From: a virus
IMG/VR virus record: IMGVR_UViG_3300045988_083627
Span: 1 to 52,269 of that record
DNA: 52,269 bases
Strand: one strand, 5' to 3'
Positions within the stretch are counted from its first letter, which is position 1. Each line of letters opens with the position of its first letter. Position numbers and translations under genes: made by a program. Under the pieces are notes generated by a model that worked only from the letters and a program-made list of their open reading frames with translations, made no database searches and was not told the origin of the DNA. This document shows positions 1 through 7,805 of the stretch, piece after piece.

Positions 1-55
1 AATTTCTTCTCGTTCTTTCTTGATATCCATCTTCAGAACTTCCTCGTTCGTATAG
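1..55. repeat. 55-bp exact terminal redundancy (1-55 = 52215-52269), indicating a circular or circularly permuted contig
   Basis: Direct comparison of the first and last 55 nt shows they are identical. The overlap falls inside an open reading frame. Confidence 0.9.
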
Positions 56-699
56 AACCTGGAGATTCCTCCAGTCAGAATCAAGTCCGCATTAGTGATG
101 TCGGTGATGGTCTTGATGAGAGTCATCATGCCAGCGCTCAAGCCATCAGGAATGCTCGCTGAGATGTCGAGGATAACCAAAGATCTTTTCCTCGGTTTCT
201 CTTCAAGATAACCGCAGCAGATACCGAGCTTTTTGTTATAGCCGTCAGTCCACTGATAACTGTTAGTCAGATTCACTTTGATAACATCTGCCAGCTCGCC
301 GAAGAACTTTGGTACAAGTCTCATCTTGAGAAGCAAGTCCATGTCTACTGAGCTACCAGTATCCATGGCTAGTTCTTCAAGAGTCTTGTCGCAAGTTCCC
401 TCGGTAGAATCATAGTAAGAGTTGTTACCATGATCTTCTTTCGGCGGATCGTAGTTGAGCTTAACAGGTTCATATCTCTCGCCTACTATTTCTGCATAGA
501 CGTCGCGCCATTTGAAGAAACCGAATTTCTTCTCAAGCATCGGCAGCATCAGCCTGAAGATTAAGATCTTGTCTGAGCCACCATCCCATCTTAGATATGG
601 GATTCCCTCAGGCGGTGTCTCTTGTGAGCTGACGAGAACGATCTTCGGCCAGGTCACACCTCTTCGAGATAGCTCGAACGGAGTTTCCAACATCTTCAT
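1..699 (-). CDS. N-terminal part of a vWA-domain protein whose gene wraps around the window edge; continues at 52214..51921
   Basis: Minus frame is open from 765 down to 1, with no tca/tta/cta triplets in that frame. It continues in frame into ORF 51921..52244. Candidate ATG at 699 (alternatives 693 and 735) lies after a GGAAAGGAAAG ribosome-binding site. The C-terminal half carries a vWA-like DISAS MIDAS motif and a VVISFGDSD strand. Confidence 0.5.
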   Translation of the reverse strand, partial: MKMLETPFELSRRGVTWPKIVLVSSQETPPEGIPYLRWDGGSDKILIFRLMLPMLEKKFGFFKWRDVYAEIVGERYEPVKLNYDPPKEDHGNNSYYDSTEGTCDKTLEELAMDTGSSVDMDLLLKMRLVPKFFGELADVIKVNLTNSYQWTDGYNKKLGICCGYLEEKPRKRSLVILDISASIPDGLSAGMMTLIKTITDITNADLILTGGISRFYTNEEVLKMDIKKEREEI

Positions 700-765
700 A
701 TTCTTTCCTTTCCGTAGAAGAAGGAAGCCCAGCATTATTCGCCAGGCTTCCTTCAATTGAACTGG

Positions 766-1305
766 TTAGTGCCAGAGCTCAGGGAACATATTGGCAACAC
801 GTGGAGCAACAGCTGCGATGTAGTCTTTCGCATCCAGAACTGAATTGACGAAGTCAATGATGTCTTCATCACTCAGATTCAGAGGATTCTTATTCATCCT
901 ACGAGTCGGATTGAATTCATCCGTCAGCAAGACGTCATCTTCATGAGCGAACTCAAGAATATTAGCGAAGAAGTTCTCAACGATCTTATCCGTCTTAGCG
1001 AAGATTGTTGATGCCTCGATCTCATCCATGATGTTCGAGATCTTATCAACGTACTCATTAAGCGTCGGCGTATTAGGCGTCTGCTTGATCGAGACTTTAG
1101 CCTCAGGTACAAACTTCGGCATCTCTTTCTTCTCCGATGCCGCCTTAATCTCATCAAGATTATCCTTGATGAAACCCATGACATCATTCAGTTCGGAAAG
1201 CATGTTTACTTCTGAAATGATATCCGACGATGGCATCATGATCTTGTTGTCCACGACAAAGTATCCGCGCTTGAACTCGATGTCATTCTTGTTTACGAAC
1301 TGCAT
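766..1305 (-). CDS. hypothetical early protein (179 aa, acidic)
   Basis: ORF with GAAAGGAA ribosome-binding site upstream of ATG at 1305; TAA stop. Confidence 0.55.
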   Translation of the reverse strand: MQFVNKNDIEFKRGYFVVDNKIMMPSSDIISEVNMLSELNDVMGFIKDNLDEIKAASEKKEMPKFVPEAKVSIKQTPNTPTLNEYVDKISNIMDEIEASTIFAKTDKIVENFFANILEFAHEDDVLLTDEFNPTRRMNKNPLNLSDEDIIDFVNSVLDAKDYIAAVAPRVANMFPELWH

Positions 1306-1324
1306 GGTTGTTCCTTTCTTTTGT

Positions 1325-2170
1325 CTACTTCTCTTCCTTATTAACAGCATCAAGCCATTGCTTAATGCGGTTAACCATCACAGTATGCTTGAGCTTGGTT
1401 GCTTCCCAGGAGGAGTTCTGCCCATAGCTCATCTTATAGATAAGCTCGGCTACCTCCTGCTCCATACCATGCTCAATCAGCGGTGCTATAGCATCCATCA
1501 TAGCCCGGTTCTTATACTCCCGTGTCTTAGATGCAGCTCCTTTATCACCAATCTTCAGAGATGTCTCGATCCAATCGATATACTGTTCTGCGACTGGCCG
1601 AGTATCAATACCTCGACTCCAACCTTTCGGACAGCGGTCGAACTGACGATACCAATAGGATGGCTCGGCATCATATGGGTTGAAGTGTGGATTCAACCTA
1701 TTGACGTGAGCAACTCGTTTGTTCTTCGGTCTTAGATCCGCGAAGATTCTCTTGTCCACGTCCATCGATACCATCAGGTAATCCATATCGAATACCTTGA
1801 TGACATCGAGACAATCCTCACAGCCCTTTCGCCAACTGATGTTGAGTTCAGGGTAACCATCCTTGATAAGTTTAACCGTTTGCAGATTGTACTTACCAGG
1901 ATCCCAGAACCTCACTCGATCAGCCTTGAACTTTTCGATTGAGTTCTCGGGTTCCCATCCGTCAGACAAGAACGCTTGGATGAGAGCGGACTGGGATTGC
2001 GGAGAGTATGCGAACAGATCTAAGTCTGTCTCATTCTCCCAGGTGTTCACCTCATCCCAGCTGAATGTCGGATCATCAACATAAGCTAGGATGGACTGCC
2101 CGGTATAGCAGCACCTAGCTCCTTTTGGCACGGTGTCAAGAATGTCATTCACGAGTTGCTCGTTAATCAT
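1325..2170 (-). CDS. hypothetical protein with a possible nucleotidyltransferase-fold motif (GQS...DLDLF...FDMDY)
   Basis: Perfect AAGGAGGT ribosome-binding site 6 nt upstream of ATG at 2170. The Gly-Ser followed by DxD pattern is only weakly suggestive. Confidence 0.5.
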   Translation of the reverse strand: MINEQLVNDILDTVPKGARCCYTGQSILAYVDDPTFSWDEVNTWENETDLDLFAYSPQSQSALIQAFLSDGWEPENSIEKFKADRVRFWDPGKYNLQTVKLIKDGYPELNISWRKGCEDCLDVIKVFDMDYLMVSMDVDKRIFADLRPKNKRVAHVNRLNPHFNPYDAEPSYWYRQFDRCPKGWSRGIDTRPVAEQYIDWIETSLKIGDKGAASKTREYKNRAMMDAIAPLIEHGMEQEVAELIYKMSYGQNSSWEATKLKHTVMVNRIKQWLDAVNKEEK

Positions 2171-2354
2171 TGTTGACCTCCTTAGCCAGGATAGCAAGCG
2201 CTGACAGAGCATCCTCGATGTCTGCCAATGACTCCAAAGCTTGGTCTTTCTTCCCGATTCTCACTAGGCATTGAAACTCCGAGAGCCTAGTTCGAACGAT
2301 CCGGCACCAGTTGTTGAGCAAACTTGGTGCAATAGTTACCCTGATCTCTTCCAT
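2163..2354 (-). CDS. hypothetical small protein (63 aa)
   Basis: AGAAAGGAAAAGA ribosome-binding site before ATG at 2354. Confidence 0.45.
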   Translation of the reverse strand: MEEIRVTIAPSLLNNWCRIVRTRLSEFQCLVRIGKKDQALESLADIEDALSALAILAKEVNND

Positions 2355-2370
2355 GTCTTTTCCTTTCTAA

Positions 2371-2547
2371 CTATTCTTTGGTGTACATCGTCGGCTCGTC
2401 CGGTATCAATCGGTACATGAACTTATCGACGTTATACTTACGGAGAACCAGGAGCTCGCCTGTTAATGGAAGCTCCTGTACTACTTCCCAGTAAATACCT
2501 GGGCGTTTCTTTAGGCGAATCCTATCGCCAACCTTGAAGTTACTCAT
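2371..2547 (-). CDS. small KOW/SH3-like protein (58 aa, MSNFKVGDRIRLKK...), below the ORF-track threshold
   Basis: ATG overlaps the upstream stop (GATGAGTAA); TAG stop at 2371-2373; protein-like composition. Confidence 0.4.
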   Translation of the reverse strand: MSNFKVGDRIRLKKRPGIYWEVVQELPLTGELLVLRKYNVDKFMYRLIPDEPTMYTKE

Positions 2548-2809
2548 CGAGGTTCTCGATGAATTTACGAAGGTGAGCTTTCAAAGCTTCCTTCTCGATG
2601 TCGGATTCGAGAGGCTTGAACAGGATGACTCCCATTGGATATGTCTCGTCTTGCTTTACTGCAAGCATGACATAACCCTTGCACTCATCGACATCTTCTG
2701 GATAGAGGATTTCAATAGCATCATCCATCATTTTGTCGAACTTCTCGAAGTCAAAGTTATAGAGCTTCGAGTCCTTGACCTTAACGGATTTCGGTTCTCT
2801 CAGTTTCAT
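2540..2809 (-). CDS. hypothetical acidic protein (89 aa from ATG 2809; the track's GTG at 2845 is the alternative start)
   Basis: ATGA overlap with the upstream gene stop; AAGGAAG ribosome-binding site. Confidence 0.5.
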   Translation of the reverse strand: MKLREPKSVKVKDSKLYNFDFEKFDKMMDDAIEILYPEDVDECKGYVMLAVKQDETYPMGVILFKPLESDIEKEALKAHLRKFIENLDE

Positions 2810-3261
2810 TTCTTCTTCCTTCTTTCCGAGTTCGTAAGCCGACACTTAAAGCATCGGCAACCTGCCGTGTAGCCAGTCAATGTTCCATGTCTTGGATCAT
2901 CCTTGTTGGCTTTCATTTCTTCTAGTACTTTCGCCCTCCACTTCGCTCGTTGTTTCTTTGCAGCTTCAATGCACTTATCGCATCTGCATCCAGCATTATA
3001 GGATGTGATGGTTCCGTGCCGCGGGTCTTGAGGATCTGCTTGAAGCTCCTTGAATCTCTTAGCTTGGTTCGCCTTCGTAGCTTTGATATAAGCTGGAGCA
3101 TGTTGCTTATAATAAGCCTTCTCAGCTAGCCTAATAGATTCAATATGACCTTGCTGATGTTCTTTGCGATAAGCTTTAGCAGCGGCTTTGCACAAAGAGC
3201 ATCGGCACTTGCCCGAGGTATAGCCGGTCATAGTTCCATGCCTTGGGTCATTAGGCTTCAT
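2806..3261 (-). CDS. Cys-rich protein with three tandem repeats of DPRHGTxTGYxxGCRCxxC (probable zinc-binding or DNA-binding)
   Basis: Three about 30-aa repeats visible in the translation; AAGGAG ribosome-binding site before ATG at 3261. Confidence 0.6.
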   Translation of the reverse strand: MKPNDPRHGTMTGYTSGKCRCSLCKAAAKAYRKEHQQGHIESIRLAEKAYYKQHAPAYIKATKANQAKRFKELQADPQDPRHGTITSYNAGCRCDKCIEAAKKQRAKWRAKVLEEMKANKDDPRHGTLTGYTAGCRCFKCRLTNSERRKKK

Positions 3262-3406
3262 GTTCTAACTCCTTTGTTCGAAGTTCATAACCTGCATTTA
3301 AGCAGTTACATGTCAGACATTCCTCGCTATCTCCATCGCATGGAGTACAGTAAGGTTCAAGCTGAGAACATGAATCTTGATACTCACAGATGAGACATTG
3401 TTCCAT
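3251..3406 (-). CDS. small Cys-rich protein (51 aa, CLICEY...C..C), below track threshold
   Basis: ATG at 3406 with weak Shine-Dalgarno; TAA overlaps the next start; 8 Cys. Confidence 0.3.
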   Translation of the reverse strand: MEQCLICEYQDSCSQLEPYCTPCDGDSEECLTCNCLNAGYELRTKELEHEA

Positions 3407-3416
3407 GTGTCTCGCC

Positions 3417-4043
3417 TCACTCAAGAACTTGGATTTTGATCCTATAGTTATTTAGTCCTGCGAAATAGGATATGTCGCGAACATCCTCGATCATCTCTTC
3501 AACAGTCGCATACTGTTTGATGTTCGGGCGGTTCAATTCTCCGATCCATATCTTTAGCTTATATGGATAAAGCTCATTTATTCGCTGAGTCATTTCACTC
3601 CAATCAGCATTCTCGTCCCATTCAGGAAGTTGAGACGAGAGTTTGCAGATCCTGCAATTTTCACAGAAGAAGTAGCGGTCATTCAACCGTAATGTCTGTG
3701 CATACTTACCATCGCATTTTGTCTTCATTGTCTTCATTTTTTTTCCTTTCTTATCAATGAAGATGTTCCTCCACGCCTGACATCTTTCAATCCCTGAGCA
3801 ACTTTCTGCGATTGGACAATAAGAATCAAAACGATGGAATCCGATTCCATCTGGAGCTGCCTTTATTTCTTTTTCAGTTGCATGGCGGAGATGTTCTTTA
3901 AGTGTGCTGGCGGCTGTACATCCCATGTCATAGCAGACGTAAGCTCTTTTACCTAAGTCTAATGTGACTCTGCCTATCTCTTGCTTGTAGCCTGGGTCAT
4001 AGACAACCCAGTCACCAAAGTTGAAAGTTTTTTCTTTACTCAT
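3417..4043 (-). CDS. hypothetical Cys-rich protein (208 aa)
   Basis: AAAAAGGAGAACC ribosome-binding site before ATG at 4043. Confidence 0.55.
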   Translation of the reverse strand: MSKEKTFNFGDWVVYDPGYKQEIGRVTLDLGKRAYVCYDMGCTAASTLKEHLRHATEKEIKAAPDGIGFHRFDSYCPIAESCSGIERCQAWRNIFIDKKGKKMKTMKTKCDGKYAQTLRLNDRYFFCENCRICKLSSQLPEWDENADWSEMTQRINELYPYKLKIWIGELNRPNIKQYATVEEMIEDVRDISYFAGLNNYRIKIQVLE

Positions 4044-4062
4044 GGTTCTCCTTTTTTAACCA

Positions 4063-4095
4063 AAGAGAGAGCCACTTAAATAGCAGTTCTCTCTT
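4063..4095. repeat. conserved stem-loop element, copy 1 (AAGAGAG...CTCTCTT), within the repeated motif aac(c/t)aaagagagagccac
   Basis: 7-9 bp stem between genes 4107..4430 and 3417..4043; a near-identical copy is at 4807..4834. Confidence 0.5.
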
Positions 4096-4106
4096 CTTAG
4101 CTTTTG

Positions 4107-4430
4107 TTAGCAGAACGTGGCAAATCCACCTGCTGCAATGACTTGTCCATCATTGCCTCTGATGAGTTTTGTAGGTGCCAGAACATCATGTCGTCTAGCT
4201 GTTTGAGCAGCTAAAGATGAGACAATGAAGATGGTACCGTCTTCAGGTTCCGGAAGTCCGGTGACTTCCGGTTCATAGATGGTTTTAAAGATGGGAATTC
4301 CATCTATCTCATCAACCTGCTGAGTGGAGAAGGTGACTCGCGCCACCTCTCCAGATGCAGGTAAGACTAGACCGTCTCCATTTTTGAGGACGATGGTTAG
4401 GTCGTGTTGCGTCAGATTAACGAACTTCAT
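4107..4430 (-). CDS. hypothetical protein (107 aa)
   Basis: ORF in an operon context. Confidence 0.5.
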   Translation of the reverse strand: MKFVNLTQHDLTIVLKNGDGLVLPASGEVARVTFSTQQVDEIDGIPIFKTIYEPEVTGLPEPEDGTIFIVSSLAAQTARRHDVLAPTKLIRGNDGQVIAAGGFATFC

Positions 4431-4443
4431 TTTGCTTTCCTTT

Positions 4444-4785
4444 CTATTTGCCAGTATTTACTTTTGCTTCCATCGAGCAATGAATTATTCCAGACATAGG
4501 ATCACTAATCGAGATATAGAATTTAATATTGAGCTCTGGACTAATTAATAAATCCTCGGCCGCTGTTGCCCATCCTATACACCGATAGGCTTGATCCCAG
4601 CAGGAGATCAGTTTCTCTTGGATGGGTAGTTCAAGGTCTTCGATCCAGACGTCCAAGAAATCATAAGCTTCTTGGGTTGTCTTAACGTCCTATTTCCAAG
4701 CGAAGAAGTATTGTCCTTCTTCGGACTTCTCAAATCCAACCAGATTCTTGAAGCTATTCATGTTCATATAGAATCGATCGTTCAT
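4444..4785 (-). CDS. ORF interrupted by an in-frame TAG at 4690-4692: a 31-aa ATG-initiated N-terminal piece, then an about 80-aa piece with no start codon of its own
   Basis: ATG at 4785 with GAAAGGAAAGAAA ribosome-binding site. The downstream piece is in the same frame and has only a TTG with no Shine-Dalgarno. Confidence 0.3.
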
Positions 4786-4806
4786 TTTCTTTCCTTTCTA
4801 ACTAAA

Positions 4807-4834
4807 GAGAGAGCCACATAATTGCAGCTCTCTC
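4807..4834. repeat. conserved stem-loop element, copy 2 (GAGAGAGC...GCTCTCTC)
   Basis: 8-bp perfect stem; shares flanking sequence aaagagagagccac with copy 1. Confidence 0.5.
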
Positions 4835-4848
4835 AAAGTGAAACATTT

Positions 4849-5085
4849 TTATCGACGATGACCGCCGACGAAGCAGTCATTACAGATAACCTGGCCATCT
4901 TCCGACCAGTTGTTATCTGCCTGCAACGTGCCCAGTTCAACTGGGATTCCACAATACTTGCAATCTGCCCAGCGATGTACTGGAATCAAGCACATCAAGA
5001 TGCAGACAATGATGAGGCTGATGGTTGCGATAGCATTTTTCATTATGGTTATCTTTTCTACTAATGAGAGGCCATGATTTCTCAT
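4849..5085 (-). CDS. small membrane-anchored zinc-ribbon protein (TM helix followed by CxxC...CxxC)
   Basis: Hydrophobic stretch AIATISLIIVCILMCLI followed by CKYCG...CNDC; start at 5085 or 5043. Confidence 0.45.
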   Translation of the reverse strand: MRNHGLSLVEKITIMKNAIATISLIIVCILMCLIPVHRWADCKYCGIPVELGTLQADNNWSEDGQVICNDCFVGGHRR

Positions 5086-5103
5086 AGCCTCTCGGTTACC
5101 ATA

Positions 5104-5265
5104 TTAGTAAGTTGTCCCATGATACTGGGATGGCTTGCCTTCTTTGACTCGTTTGATGGCATCTTCGCACTGTTCTTTACAGTTCTTACGATGTGGACAA
5201 TTGTCACAGCTGACAAAGTCCGTCAGATAATCTTCGTCATAAACATCATAGATAACGTCATACAT
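5104..5265 (-). CDS. small zinc-finger-like protein (53 aa, CDNCPHRKNCKEQC), below track threshold
   Basis: GAAAGGAAAAACT ribosome-binding site before ATG at 5265; TAA stop; the plus ORF 5074..5283 is its shadow. Confidence 0.45.
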   Translation of the reverse strand: MYDVIYDVYDEDYLTDFVSCDNCPHRKNCKEQCEDAIKRVKEGKPSQYHGTTY

Positions 5266-5279
5266 AGTTTTTCCTTTCG

Positions 5280-5483
5280 TTAACCACAGATGAAACCGCA
5301 GATACGGGCATCAACTGGACATCCGTCGCAGCAATATCTACGCGACCCAACTACATCATGCTCGATTCGATCGGCTTGAGCTTCTGGCTAAAATCCTTTC
5401 AGGATCTTAGCCGTTTCTTTGACCTCTTCTTTTAGGTTGTTAAGCTCATCCTGATTTTCAATCCAGATTCCACAGTACAGCAT
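5280..5483 (-). CDS. second ORF interrupted by an in-frame TAG (5388-5390): a 31-aa piece, then a 35-aa Cys-rich piece without a start codon
   Basis: ATG at 5483 with GAAAGGAAGAATC ribosome-binding site; same architecture as 4444..4785. Confidence 0.25.
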
Positions 5484-5560
5484 GATTCTTCCTTTCGTTC
5501 GCAGGCGGTACTTATACGTCGTTTCTTCTATTCAAAACAACGTGTCTTAAAAATTTAATT

Positions 5561-5588
5561 GAGAGAGCTAGATTTCTCCAGCTCTCTC
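5561..5588 (-). terminator. stem-loop GAGAGAGCT / AGCTCTCTC, 10 nt downstream of the gene 5600..5902 stop; a third member of the GAGAGAG hairpin family
   Basis: 9-bp perfect stem, followed on the minus strand by AAUUAAAUUUUU. Confidence 0.3.
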
Positions 5589-5599
5589 GTTATGTGGAG

Positions 5600-5902
5600 T
5601 TATGCACTCCACGTTCCTTCTGGAATAACTTCGAGGGCTCTACCGCCTTCGACGCTTTTCCAGCCTCCAGTAATAATATCTCCAACATTTACTGGATCTG
5701 AGAGCATCCAACTAAGTGGATGCCGAATCTCTCCGAGTTCTCCAGACTCGGAGTCGACAACATAGATTACCTCTAAGTTGTCAGTTACTTTGTCTACGTC
5801 ATAGACAACGACGTGCTCGAACCACTGTTTCGCAACAGTGATCGATTTGCCTTCATTCTCTGCAATCTTTGCAGAAATGAAATCATTAACATTCTTCGAC
5901 AT
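5600..5902 (-). CDS. hypothetical protein (100 aa), first gene of the minus-strand block
   Basis: GAAAGGAAAT ribosome-binding site before ATG at 5902. Confidence 0.55.
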   Translation of the reverse strand: MSKNVNDFISAKIAENEGKSITVAKQWFEHVVVYDVDKVTDNLEVIYVVDSESGELGEIRHPLSWMLSDPVNVGDIITGGWKSVEGGRALEVIPEGTWSA

Positions 5903-7175
5903 GATATTTTCCTTTCTGTCGAAAGTTAATAATACTTACTTACACTCCTTTTGGAGCGAAGCGACTTACCACCACGGGGCACGTGCGCGAGAGAGAGGAG
6001 ACACAAGCTACACACACGACGCATGACGGCGGAGCCCACATTTCTTTTCTATAGTCCAACGCGAGTTGGCTCACAGCTGACAAGCCGGTCCTCCCTGGAG
6101 GTCGGACGTTCGCCACTACACGTCATTCATTCCGCCTTATGCTATGTGAACAGGTGTTTAGCTTGCTAAATTCTCGTTCGCACTCTTTAGCATAAGGGGG
6201 GTATGGTATATATAGATAAATGTAGAATATGTGGAGTATGGAAGTTCCCCCGAAAAAAATTTCCCCATTCTCCAGGTTTTCCCAGGAAAACAAGGTAATC
6301 TCTCGCACGATATGGCTATCAAAAGAAACAAAGTAAGAAAATTCCCTATGGTTCCACGGGATATAAGGCAAACTCCTCCACGTTCCCCTATTGACGATCC
6401 AGTGTTACAAAGTTCAAAAACGGTGTTACTTAAAAAAATTTCACGCCATATATAACTATAGTGCGCTTTGCGCCATGTCCGCGTAGCGGACGCGCGCTCT
6501 GCGCCTTGCTGTTCCCACGGTTTCTACGATGGTGTTCACCCATGGTCCCTATGATGTGGTGTGGCTTGTGTTGCTGTTGGAGCTTTGTCGAACCTTTGTC
6601 ACAGCTGTTTTCCAAGTCTCCCCCAAGCGGTGCCGACGGAAGCTGCGTCTGAGCGGAGGGGCGAAGCCCCGACCGAAGCGCAGCTCCACTCGGCCCGCCT
6701 AACCGGGGAAGCCGATCTAACAAAAGCAATCAATATATATATCTTCTACCCCAACATCAAAAGAACCAATGCAACCTCATCATCCAGGTTATCATCGGTT
6801 CTACTAAGATATATATGTTATCTCTGTTGTCTAAGTGCCCACGATTTTTGGCATGGAACTATTATGGGCGGTCAGGTCAAGATTTTTAATGAATCCACCT
6901 GCCTCCCTGACAAGGTGTGATCAGTACCCTGCGTGACCATCATCATCATTCGCGGTCTATGTGCCGTTACGATTTATCACCCGTTTTGCTTGACACGGTA
7001 AGGTAAACAGTTCCCGTGCCGATCATCACATCTAGGTCAGGTTCCATTATCGACGTTATGACCGGGTTAAAAGGCTCGAACGTCAAGAGCCGATCAATCC
7101 TGAGTTTCTAACCAGCTTCTAACCAAAGGTGCTAGAATCATTGTAACATAGTTAGAAGGAAGGAGGAAGCTGGAA
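5903..7175. other. 1.27-kb divergent non-coding region: candidate replication origin plus early promoters; AT-rich segments, TTCCC iterons, inverted repeats and a GC-rich structured core at about 6455-6720
   Basis: No convincing ORF. Palindrome TTTTCCcaGGAAAA at about 6281-6296. 10-bp inverted repeat CCTTATGCTA / TAGCATAAGG at about 6137 and 6186. Duplicated AAAAAAATTTC. Hairpin GGGGCGAAGCCCC. Confidence 0.4.
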
Positions 7176-7805
7176 ATGGCATTGGAGTTCGAAGGTTTCA
7201 AGGCACCGATCTCAGCCATCGAGGATGTGAAGGCGAACGGTGTGAGAGAAGAGGTCCATGGGTTCACCCAGGATGATCTCGAGAAGATGAGCCGTGAAGA
7301 CAAGGAGTTCCTGCCCATCGGTCTCACTGATGCCGATGCTTGGGAGAACTACACCGATGATCGGCTCTATGAGATGGACAAGATGGTGAGATCGTGGTTG
7401 AAGAAGACGTGGTACCACAGGACTACCAAGGGGAAGATGAAGACGGCTGTACCGCCTCTGTTCACGTTCCTCTACGGACGTCCACCGGGTCCCGCAGACT
7501 CAAGGACATGCGCTATGATGCACCGTCTGCTCAAATACTACTGCACAAGGTACACGGGCAAATCGACCATCAACAACCAGGTGTTCTCGCGCGTTTACCA
7601 TTTCTCGCAATACTCTTGCAAGACGAAGAGACCGTACTCGCTGAGGCTTCGGATAGAGGAGATGGAAGATGGAAAAGATCCATTCAGACTTGGTCCCGAC
7701 GATCGCCGCGACAAGCGCAAGAAGCCTAGACGAGCAAATTCTCGAAATGGCAAGAAGCAAAATGGGTCAGGTAGTAAGGATGGCGGACACGGTTCCAAGG
7801 GCTGA
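7176..7805 (+). CDS. hypothetical protein (209 aa); the C-terminal 137 nt overlap the next gene in another frame
   Basis: Strong GGAAGGAGGAAG ribosome-binding site before ATG at 7176; the extended -10 TGcTAGAAT at 7130-7138 is a possible promoter. Confidence 0.5.
   Translation: MALEFEGFKAPISAIEDVKANGVREEVHGFTQDDLEKMSREDKEFLPIGLTDADAWENYTDDRLYEMDKMVRSWLKKTWYHRTTKGKMKTAVPPLFTFLYGRPPGPADSRTCAMMHRLLKYYCTRYTGKSTINNQVFSRVYHFSQYSCKTKRPYSLRLRIEEMEDGKDPFRLGPDDRRDKRKKPRRANSRNGKKQNGSGSKDGGHGSKG

Noticed and set aside
512-760. Plus-strand 82-aa ORF (and the other plus-strand ORFs at 1028..1735, 1863..2084, 3145..3393, 3563..3760 and 5074..5283) within the minus-strand gene block
   Set aside because: Low-complexity translations with no ribosome-binding site. 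They are shadow ORFs antisense to well-supported minus-strand genes; the window-edge-wrapping minus ORF explains 512..760.
5951-6920. ORFs 5951..6169, 6123..6371, 6231..6455, 6430..6729, 6461..6652 and 6561..6920 in the large intergenic region
   Set aside because: No Shine-Dalgarno, and mutually overlapping on both strands. They span AT-rich and GC-rich repeat elements, and their translations look non-protein-like. The region is better explained as origin or regulatory or structured RNA.
5903-7175. tRNA (including a possible amber-suppressor tRNA) in the intergenic region
   Set aside because: I checked GTTCGAATC-like T-loop candidates (gacgttcgcc, ggctcgaacg, gttcaaaaac) and the flanking stems are not complementary. 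No cloverleaf could be built by eye. A tRNAscan run would be needed for certainty.
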